Origin: a virus
Lineage: Duplodnaviria > Caudoviricetes
Length of the DNA stretch: 57,014 nt
Direction: 5' to 3' (one strand)
Virus record (IMG/VR): IMGVR_UViG_3300005805_000106
Location: 1 to 57,014 of that record
The position numbers and the translations under genes were made by a program. The notes under the pieces are model-generated. The model saw only the letters and a list, made by a program, of their open reading frames with translations. It was not told the DNA's origin and searched no databases. Positions 9,859 to 17,691 of the stretch are shown here, in pieces (the stretch's first letter is position 1; each line of letters begins with the position of its first letter).

Positions 9859-10197
9859 TTAACCAACCTGCGCCCTAACATTGGCATTGAGTGTCCGAAT
9901 TGCATCCATCGATGCCCGAATAGATAAAAGCATCTCCCTTTTTGTTTTAACAAGAGCTTCCGCGCATTTAAAATCAAAGTGTTCATGGTCAAGCTTGTAG
10001 TCTGCCCATGCTTCGCGTTCCTTAATGGAGCCTTTGGCGGATAGGTATTCCTTCGCCCAGTTGCTTTTGTACAGTGCTTCTTTTTTAGCACAATCCATAG
10101 CAAGTGTCTCAAACTGTTCTGTTTCTATTTCCAGCCTATCTATCAAGCGCAAAAGCTCACGCTCAATTTCAACTTGGCTTATTGGTTCAGACCGCAT
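9859..10197 (-). CDS. Hypothetical helical protein
   Basis: 112 aa coiled-coil-like ORF in the operon. Confidence 0.6.
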   Translation of the reverse strand: MRSEPISQVEIERELLRLIDRLEIETEQFETLAMDCAKKEALYKSNWAKEYLSAKGSIKEREAWADYKLDHEHFDFKCAEALVKTKREMLLSIRASMDAIRTLNANVRAQVG

Positions 10198-10208
10198 ACT
10201 ATTCCTTT

Positions 10209-10733
10209 TTATTTGTCTTCCGATGCAACTAGTGGAGACCAGTCAATCTTAGACAAAGATTCCATCTGTGTCGATGACCACGAGTATGGGGAGAGTCCAA
10301 GTTTTGCTAAGCCCATCTGCTCCAAAATCCACGCGTCGCATTCATCGTCCGCGCCACCACCAATAAAGGTTTTTCCAGTTTTTGATGATATGGCGGAGAT
10401 TACTTCTGCCTTCCCGGCATTACCCTTGCCTGTCGCAAATTTTGCCCTGGAGGTAGGTGGCACCTCAACATATTTAATGTTTTTTTCCCACAACTTCATT
10501 CTTATACATCCACCCAATTCGCCAATGCTGTGAGCCTGGGAATTTCGCGAGGCAAAAGAATACCCCTCTAAAATCACGCAGTCAATTGAATTATCAATAC
10601 ATAGGTTGAGAATTGTTTCAGAAACAAGAGACAGGCGCTCTGCACCTTTGTATTTTGTCGCAACGACCGAGGTCTCTTCGCGCATGGATATGCCCGTAGA
10701 GGTTAGGGATATATCAAGACCCATAAGGAACAT
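10209..10733 (-). CDS. ruvC: RuvC-like Holliday junction resolvase
   Basis: GLDISLTSTG, VILEGYS, ATGKGNAGK, DDECDA catalytic pattern. Confidence 0.85.
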   Translation of the reverse strand: MFLMGLDISLTSTGISMREETSVVATKYKGAERLSLVSETILNLCIDNSIDCVILEGYSFASRNSQAHSIGELGGCIRMKLWEKNIKYVEVPPTSRAKFATGKGNAGKAEVISAISSKTGKTFIGGGADDECDAWILEQMGLAKLGLSPYSWSSTQMESLSKIDWSPLVASEDK

Positions 10734-10830
10734 CGCCGGAAAATATATAACACACTCAATGCAGAAGCAAGAAGGTATTTCCAACTTGCTCCTGCATCCA
10801 CAGCGGGCCTAAGGTGATTTTAGTGTATCA

Positions 10831-11187
10831 CTAGTCCCATGAATGTTTTGCTAGTCCTAGCTCAAAAGCAAGTGCTGGCTCACTGCCAATACGAACATGA
10901 CAGGGGCGACATACTGCAAGAACATTTGCCTCATCAAGAATCGAACCACCCTGTGAACGCCTAACAACCTCGTGAACATCCCTGCTCATATGATGATTGA
11001 ATGTTGTTTTATTGTCATGCGCCGCAAAAACACGACATGCTTCACAAAGGGGGCGTTCTGAAAGAATTTTCTTAACCAGCTCGCGTCGCTCAACGTACTT
11101 ATCTTCAGTTTTTTTACTACGCTTGGCTAGGCCTTTTGTTCCGCGCTTGAGCGGACTGCGCTTAAGTTCTGTTTTTCTTTTGAGCAT
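10831..11187 (-). CDS. HNH endonuclease
   Basis: CEAC...DVHEVVRRSQGG...NVLAVCRPCH. Confidence 0.8.
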   Translation of the reverse strand: MLKRKTELKRSPLKRGTKGLAKRSKKTEDKYVERRELVKKILSERPLCEACRVFAAHDNKTTFNHHMSRDVHEVVRRSQGGSILDEANVLAVCRPCHVRIGSEPALAFELGLAKHSWD

Positions 11188-11250
11188 CCCACAACCACTA
11201 CTTCCATAAAATGCCTACTTTGGCGGGAACAGTGATTATGACATACAAGA

Positions 11251-11799
11251 TTAAAGATTGTCTGTATTGATGTCGTCAAATGTCCACTTGTCATCAAGAG
11301 CGTCCCACAGTGCCCTATCAATGGCCGTGTCCTCTAGGTCGTAGTCGCGGAGAAGATTGCGATGGGCGATAATTGCCCTCCGGTAGAACTCAACCTTATC
11401 CCATCCATCGTTTTGGATTGTCTGCCCGGTGTCAATCATCAGGCAAACCTCATCAAGACGCTTGTCGACATGGAACTTAAACCGGCGAATTTTGTTTATT
11501 TTGTTGTCGTAGTAGTTGCGGGTTTCGGATGAAAGTTTCTTCCCCCTCCCGCCCATGGAGGAGTACCTACCCATATCGGACTGGGCATCATCTTCTGCAT
11601 CCTCAATCTGTGACTGCAGGTGGTCGGACAGTGCTACGAGGGCACGCTTCCACCTATCCCAGTTCTTGGGCTCCATGAGGACACCCTTGTGGAGTGGGGA
11701 GAGTTTGTTCTTTACCTCCTCCGCAACCATTCTGGCGAAAGAATCATCATTAACATCCATATCGGACTTCAACCTTCTTGTATTTTTTACTTGTTCCAT
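11251..11799 (-). CDS. Hypothetical protein
   Basis: 182 aa ORF overlapping the upstream nuclease. Confidence 0.6.
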   Translation of the reverse strand: MEQVKNTRRLKSDMDVNDDSFARMVAEEVKNKLSPLHKGVLMEPKNWDRWKRALVALSDHLQSQIEDAEDDAQSDMGRYSSMGGRGKKLSSETRNYYDNKINKIRRFKFHVDKRLDEVCLMIDTGQTIQNDGWDKVEFYRRAIIAHRNLLRDYDLEDTAIDRALWDALDDKWTFDDINTDNL

Positions 11800-12557
11800 G
11801 CTGGGCAGATTCCTTTGAAATTACACCAATTGCAGAGCACTGACGTCGATGGCTCAAAATAGCCACGCGAGCAGCGTTCCTCAATTCCTTCTCTTACTTC
11901 CTGAACCACGGATACGACGGTGTCGATGTCCTTCGGTGTCAAGTCCTTTTCAAATCTAACGCCATCCTTCAGATACAACAACTCGACCGAAAGTGACACC
12001 GGATTTATTTCGAGGCTTTGAAGTAGTTGTGTATAAATGATGAGTTGAAAAAATTTGTCATCGACATAGTTTTTGCGTGGTGTTTTACCAGTCTTATAGT
12101 CACATACGCGGGCGCTGTCATTTCCGTCGTACATCAACCTGTCGATATATCCGTGGAGCTTGACGCCCCCTATCTCGCCCTCAACGTGACGCTCTATTCC
12201 CCAGGGGTTGAGGGTTGATGGGTCCTCAAGGCGCCATAGGTTCTCCACGCACCACCATGCAGTCCAACGGAAAAGATTTTGGTCGCGCTCGCCACGCACC
12301 ACAGTAGATGCTTCCGCTTCCCACTTCTCTGTCCATATCGACCTGGCGATATGCCGTGCAAGTTCGATTGTGCGCTCTTCTGCCGGCGACATGTACAGCT
12401 CTTCAAGAATCTCATGAACAAAATTGCCGAGTATTGTGGCCTGGGTTCCAGGCTCGGTCATTCCATCGATTTTGTTGTACTTGAACTTCAGGGGGCACTG
12501 CCTGAATGTTGATATGGAAGACGGGGAGAGCTGTGCCGGTGCTATCAGTTCTGTCAT
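11787..12557 (-). CDS. PD-(D/E)XK RecB/Cas4-like exonuclease
   Basis: LSPSSISTFRQCP, GNFVHEILE, GYIDRL, DYKTGK, QLIIY, CNWCNFKGIC. Confidence 0.88.
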   Translation of the reverse strand: MTELIAPAQLSPSSISTFRQCPLKFKYNKIDGMTEPGTQATILGNFVHEILEELYMSPAEERTIELARHIARSIWTEKWEAEASTVVRGERDQNLFRWTAWWCVENLWRLEDPSTLNPWGIERHVEGEIGGVKLHGYIDRLMYDGNDSARVCDYKTGKTPRKNYVDDKFFQLIIYTQLLQSLEINPVSLSVELLYLKDGVRFEKDLTPKDIDTVVSVVQEVREGIEERCSRGYFEPSTSVLCNWCNFKGICPAWNK

Positions 12558-13249
12558 TCGCCGTCGTTTTCTTGGCTAGATGGTGATGTGAATGTGAGGC
12601 GGAGTGCCTCCTGGATAAGGGCTTCCATATCCTCCGTGGTCGCCTGCGCGCGCGTCGGCTTCGGACGGCCACCGGAATGGGAATCCCAGAACAAACCAAG
12701 CGAATCTTTCTGCTCCTTGGTCATCGTTTTTGTGATGGTGACAAAACTCTGCCACATCTCGTCAATCTCGGAGGAAACAGCCTGCTCATGCACTGTGTTG
12801 CTGGGGGTAGACATGGCATCTTCTGCATCCATTGCATCGGCGGAACGTGCAAGGTAGAGGCCAACGCCAAGCTGTTGTGCTGCCTTCTTGAGTGCATCGG
12901 AGACAGCGCCCTTGAAGTCGTTGCCAAGGTCGACAGGCTTGTTGTCCTTCTTCATGCGCTTTACGCTTTGTCCGCCGAAACCGTGCTTGATAACCGTACG
13001 GTCGCCAATGAAGGCAGTAAGCGAGACATGGGCGATGAGTTCGTCTGGGTCAACCGAATCACGGCCAACTGAGATGATTTCGAATGACCATCCATCAACC
13101 CCCAGTGCCTTGTTGAGTCGATTGATTACTTCACTGATTGGCAAATAGACAAGCTCAACGCCACTCTTGACGATGACCTTCTCCATCTCCTCGGGAAATG
13201 GTTCGGCAAGACTTTTTGCGATTGAATGAATGTCGCGTGTTGTATCCAT
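12554..13249 (-). CDS. Rad52/Rad22-family single-strand annealing protein (Sak-like)
   Basis: VINRLNKALGVDGWSFEI...KGAVSDALKKAAQQLGVGLYL. Confidence 0.88.
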   Translation of the reverse strand: MDTTRDIHSIAKSLAEPFPEEMEKVIVKSGVELVYLPISEVINRLNKALGVDGWSFEIISVGRDSVDPDELIAHVSLTAFIGDRTVIKHGFGGQSVKRMKKDNKPVDLGNDFKGAVSDALKKAAQQLGVGLYLARSADAMDAEDAMSTPSNTVHEQAVSSEIDEMWQSFVTITKTMTKEQKDSLGLFWDSHSGGRPKPTRAQATTEDMEALIQEALRLTFTSPSSQENDGE

Positions 13250-13267
13250 CTGTTTTGTCCTTTGTTG

Positions 13268-13762
13268 TTAAATTTTCGGTTTGCGAACAATAATGCTTGT
13301 CTTCAGCTCGCCCACATCACAGTAGTTATCTGGGTTTATGCCGATTTTTGAGAGTTCCTTGATACGCCAGTAAGACGGAGCGCAGTAGGTCAGCATATCG
13401 CTGGCAATCTCCTCTGGGGACTTCATTACCTCGCCAGTGTCCATATCTATGGCCATCTTTGCGAGCCTTTCAGCCACGTCACGGCCGATGTCGGCGTGCC
13501 TCCACCCCTTGCGGTCATAGGAAGACTTTTTCTCCACGGAGCTTCCGTCAGGAAGTGTTACCAGTTCCGATGAGCCAAGTGCTTCCCCCACGGACGAGGC
13601 AAACGAATCATAAACAAACCCCAAGTCACGCTTGAGCAGATTAAGCTCCACGAGCGTTGCGCACATCTCGATTTCATCAGGCTCGGAAGAAATAAAACTC
13701 GTTATTTCCTTGTCAAGGTCTAATATGAGTGCTGCCAATTCAGCTATTTTGTCAAGTGCCAA
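13268..13762 (-). CDS. Hypothetical protein
   Basis: 164 aa ORF between TerL and the Sak-like gene. Confidence 0.6.
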   Translation of the reverse strand: MALDKIAELAALILDLDKEITSFISSEPDEIEMCATLVELNLLKRDLGFVYDSFASSVGEALGSSELVTLPDGSSVEKKSSYDRKGWRHADIGRDVAERLAKMAIDMDTGEVMKSPEEIASDMLTYCAPSYWRIKELSKIGINPDNYCDVGELKTSIIVRKPKI

Positions 13763-13791
13763 AGTAATACTCCGTATGTTGGTTGGTGTGT

Positions 13792-15105
13792 TTAGAGGAG
13801 TATAGAGGCCCTCTTACGACCGGGCAACCCCAGCCCTGTCAGGGCGGTAAATGCCCCAACGGCCGCGTCGACCTGGTCATCGTGGTCGCACGCCTCGGGG
13901 AATGAGGAAAATTCGTCGTACCACGACCCCAACCACGGAGCCCGTACCAGCCTCACATTCCCATTTGCCACGGCAGCAGCAAATGGACGAGCCCGCGTCA
14001 CCTTGTCGCCACTGGGGCGGATGGGCATAAAATCATATCCAGGAACAACATATCTGGCGTATTGGTCAGCCAGTGCCTTGCCCGATGAACCAGGCTCCTG
14101 CTCCATTCTTATCGCCACCCCGTAGCCATCTTCTTCGGCTGTTTGGGCAATAAGGCGCTCAACCTTGTCGCCCTTTTCCCGTATCCGCTTTACATCCAGC
14201 ACATAAAATATCCCGTTGTCGTGGAGCATCAAAACCCCAACCGTCCAGTCGGGGTCCGGATTGGAGGGTGACGGCTCGGTTGCGGCCAAGTCCCAATACC
14301 TCACAACCCGTGCGGACGGGCTGATTGTTGGGATTTCACCACCGTCAATGACCACAAATGAGGTTCTATCAAATAATGTACCAAGCGTAGTGCTCCACCA
14401 GTCGCCCTCTTCAAGGCGTCTGCGTTCTACTGGGTCAAGGGCAGATAGGGCCTGCCGATACGAATCGGCATCAATTCCAGGGTTATCAGTCAAACGTGAA
14501 GGAACAAATATCCTACCTTCGGACCGCCCCTCAACAATAAAGCGTTGCCTGACCCAGTTTGGCGCAGGGTTTGATGCGCATCTCATCCTTAGGGGGACCT
14601 GGGATATAGGGCCACTGGCAGGACGGCGGAGTCGAGAGAACAGGTACCGGTAGTCGGACTCCCTAATTTCGGTCACCTCGTCCATGCCGATGAACTGAAA
14701 CTCCGAGCCCTTATATCGCAAATAGTCGTTTACGTTATTTAAATAACCGAACGATATTCTCGCGCCGGACGGGAATGTGGCGACGAACGTATTGTTATTC
14801 CAGTGAACATCATCGTAGTTGCTCATCCACGACTTAAATCTGTCCATCAAGGCTCCAGGCAGAGATAAGTCGGCAAATGTACGCCTAAACAAAATCGCCG
14901 AATAGCCAGGAACATCGACATATTGCAGGGCGGCCATCAATAGTGCTGATGATTTTCCACCGCCAGCAGCGCCTCCAAACAGGGCCTCAATCGCACTAGT
15001 TCTTAGAAACACTTTCTGGTTAACCGACGGTTCTTCTGGGCAAAAATGTGGCTCTATTGGCTGGAGGTAGTTCAATACCTCTTGCCAGTTTGGAGTGCTC
15101 GCCAT
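13792..15105 (-). CDS. terL: Terminase large subunit
   Basis: GGAAGGGKS Walker A, IGMDEVT Walker B, ASNP, YWDLAAT and HDDQVDA nuclease motifs. Confidence 0.95.
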   Translation of the reverse strand: MASTPNWQEVLNYLQPIEPHFCPEEPSVNQKVFLRTSAIEALFGGAAGGGKSSALLMAALQYVDVPGYSAILFRRTFADLSLPGALMDRFKSWMSNYDDVHWNNNTFVATFPSGARISFGYLNNVNDYLRYKGSEFQFIGMDEVTEIRESDYRYLFSRLRRPASGPISQVPLRMRCASNPAPNWVRQRFIVEGRSEGRIFVPSRLTDNPGIDADSYRQALSALDPVERRRLEEGDWWSTTLGTLFDRTSFVVIDGGEIPTISPSARVVRYWDLAATEPSPSNPDPDWTVGVLMLHDNGIFYVLDVKRIREKGDKVERLIAQTAEEDGYGVAIRMEQEPGSSGKALADQYARYVVPGYDFMPIRPSGDKVTRARPFAAAVANGNVRLVRAPWLGSWYDEFSSFPEACDHDDQVDAAVGAFTALTGLGLPGRKRASILL

Positions 15106-15162
15106 AATTTATAACCGCCCATAGTGCTGTACGTTCGCAATAATTGCGCTAGTGTATGTTAT

Positions 15163-15429
15163 ATGCCAAAATCTAACACCAAAAGAAATACTGCGATACA
15201 AAGGGTACTTGTATTTTGGAAAAAATTAGGATACATATTTACATCTCGGCTTGTGGTCGTCCGTCTTCGTCTTAGAAGAGCGGCAAATAGACAAACCTTC
15301 GCCAATATATTTATGTTGTCATTTATAATATTAACAAGTATTGGAGCAGGCATGATTTACCCGCCTGCGGGCTGGGTGGTTGCAGGTGTGTCATGCGGAA
15401 TATTTGGCTTCCTTCTAGGTCTTGAGTGA
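15163..15429 (+). CDS. Small membrane protein preceding portal
   Basis: Hydrophobic C-terminal helices; TAGTGT -10 element 7 nt before ATG 15163. Confidence 0.55.
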   Translation: MPKSNTKRNTAIQRVLVFWKKLGYIFTSRLVVVRLRLRRAANRQTFANIFMLSFIILTSIGAGMIYPPAGWVVAGVSCGIFGFLLGLE

Positions 15430-15438
15430 TAGGCAACT

Positions 15439-17592
15439 ATGGGCTGGAATTCACCGCAGAATAAATCAATCAACCAACCGAGCAATAAACAGCTCGGGTA
15501 CGGCATACCAATATCCCTAAATCCATCGTACCAAGGCAAGGCATATAGGGACTCCTGGGACATCGAACGTGCATACCGCGAAGGTATGTCCAAGATTACG
15601 TGGGTTAATAGGTGTATTGACGCAATTGCTGGCAACCAGGCGCGACTACCAATAATCTTGCGCAAAGACAATTCCAACAGAGGAGAAGTTCTGGGAGGGA
15701 AGGAAGCAAAACGCTCAACCCTTTTAGAGCTTCTTAACGTTAAAGCCAATGTTGGCGAGAATTCGTTTATTTTCAGATACAGACTTTCGGCCCAGCTCCT
15801 GCTCGGAACCAGGGGCGTTTTCATTGAAAAAATCAAAGGGCGGGACGGCGGAATTATTGCCCTAAATCTCCTCCCACCACAATCAACATCTCCTATTCCG
15901 GACCCAAAAACATTCGTATCAGGTTTCGAAGTTTTGATGCCAAACGGCGATAAAAAAATACTAAAGCCTGATGATGTCTGCTGGATTAGACGCCCACATC
16001 CAATAGACCCATATCTATCCCTTACACCGCTTGAAGCGTCAGGCGTAGCGATAGAAATTGAAAACCTAGCTAAGTTGTATAACAGAAATTACCTTCTCAA
16101 CGACGGAAGACCAGGTGGTCTGCTTGTCGTTCGTGGAGAAATCGACGACGACGATAAAGAGGAGCTCCGTAGTAGGTTCAGGGGCAACCTAGCCAAAACT
16201 GGGCAAACCACAGTAATTTCGGCCGATGATGGTGTTGACTTTGTTGATACATCAGCCAATCCACGAGACGCCGCATACATCCAGATGCGCCAGGTCACAA
16301 AAGAGGAAATACTTTCAGCTTTTGGCGTACCGGAATCAGTAATAGGAAACGCTTCTGGGCGAACATTTAGCAACGCCGCCGAGGAGATTCGCGTTTTCTG
16401 GATGGAGACAATGCTCCCACACCTCGAGCCGGTGGCTCGGGCGCTAGACGAGCTGGATGATAAATACTACGTCGATTTCGATACATCAGAGGTTCCGATA
16501 CTCATGCTTTATAAGCAAGAGCGCGACAGATATTTGATGTCAGAATTTCAGGCCGGGCTGATAAGCGCAAACGAATACCGCATAGGTTCTTCTAGAAAAG
16601 ACGTTGAAGCTGACCTTGCGGATTCGCTTTTGATGAACCCGAACTTGATTCCAATCGCAAATACCAAGAAAAAGATGGAAGACCCGCAAAGTCAGATGAT
16701 GGGTGGCCCGGGGGCCCCCGGTATGCCCGGTATGCCCCCTGGCATGCCCGGCATGCCACCCGGTATGCCCGGAGCTCCAGCCATGCCCGGCATGCCCCCA
16801 GGAGCCGAAGCCCCACCGCTTGACCCGAACACGATGCAGGGGGCGATGGCTCAAGCCATGGCCGCCGGAGAGGGTGCCGCGCCTGCACCTGCGCCAATGG
16901 CGGGCGGAGAGTTGGCACAGACAACAGTGCCCCCGGAGGCAATGGGGGCTCCTCCGGAGCCACAAAATACACCAAACGGAGAACCGATACTCGCTCCCGC
17001 ATCCATGACAAAAGAGGAAGATACGGGTATAGAGGTCAAATCTGCAGGACCCAGCTACGAGGAAAAAGCAGAAATCGCAATTGAGCGCTGGAGCGACATT
17101 CTTGCTAGGGGAATCGAAAGGGTAATGGAGCGCCAACAGCGCGTCGTTCTTGAAAAGGTCGGCGGGGTCAAGTCCAAAAAGGCTCTCATGTCCGGAACTC
17201 TTGACCTAGACGGAATATTTTCTGTCGACATCTGGAACAAGCAGATGGATGAGGATATTAGACCCGTCATCCTGGCAATAGTCAACGACTCCAGAGATGT
17301 CAAGAGGGAGGGCTCCGCCGATAGGGGAATCAGGGTTAAGTCAATCCCGACGGTTGAGGTCGTTAAACGGGTCGACGCAACGATGAGCCAAATAAAGAAA
17401 ATCAACGAAGGCATCTTTTCCGACATACACGAACTAATGCTCAAGTCCTTCAACTTGTCTAGCGAAGAGGAAAGATTCAAAATGTTCCGCGAGGGAATAG
17501 TTGATGCTTATGCCTATTTCTTTGGCCGCGAACAGCATGAAATAGCCGACTTTGAAACCCGCCGGGCGTGGGCATTCGGTCAGTCATCGTAA
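15439..17592 (+). CDS. Portal protein (HK97 family) with low-complexity linker and C-terminal extension
   Basis: VNRCIDAIA, NYLLNDGRPGG, EILSAFGVPESVIG, TFSNA motifs. Confidence 0.92.
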   Translation: MGWNSPQNKSINQPSNKQLGYGIPISLNPSYQGKAYRDSWDIERAYREGMSKITWVNRCIDAIAGNQARLPIILRKDNSNRGEVLGGKEAKRSTLLELLNVKANVGENSFIFRYRLSAQLLLGTRGVFIEKIKGRDGGIIALNLLPPQSTSPIPDPKTFVSGFEVLMPNGDKKILKPDDVCWIRRPHPIDPYLSLTPLEASGVAIEIENLAKLYNRNYLLNDGRPGGLLVVRGEIDDDDKEELRSRFRGNLAKTGQTTVISADDGVDFVDTSANPRDAAYIQMRQVTKEEILSAFGVPESVIGNASGRTFSNAAEEIRVFWMETMLPHLEPVARALDELDDKYYVDFDTSEVPILMLYKQERDRYLMSEFQAGLISANEYRIGSSRKDVEADLADSLLMNPNLIPIANTKKKMEDPQSQMMGGPGAPGMPGMPPGMPGMPPGMPGAPAMPGMPPGAEAPPLDPNTMQGAMAQAMAAGEGAAPAPAPMAGGELAQTTVPPEAMGAPPEPQNTPNGEPILAPASMTKEEDTGIEVKSAGPSYEEKAEIAIERWSDILARGIERVMERQQRVVLEKVGGVKSKKALMSGTLDLDGIFSVDIWNKQMDEDIRPVILAIVNDSRDVKREGSADRGIRVKSIPTVEVVKRVDATMSQIKKINEGIFSDIHELMLKSFNLSSEEERFKMFREGIVDAYAYFFGREQHEIADFETRRAWAFGQSS
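16702..16810 (+). repeat. PGMP/PGMPP low-complexity coding repeat in portal
   Basis: Imperfect tandem ggtatgccc/ggcatgccc units. Confidence 0.8.
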
Positions 17593-17691
17593 TTTCTTTA
17601 AATAATTTCAGTAAACTAAGAAAAATAAATCATACTTGCAAAATTCTGTCCCCCCACAAATTAATATTGACCTTGAAACAAAGGTGACCGC

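Noticed and set aside
11787-12557. Cas4-like nuclease as a sign of CRISPR-Cas
   Set aside because: No repeat-spacer array or other cas genes seen; it pairs with a Sak-like annealase as a normal phage recombination module
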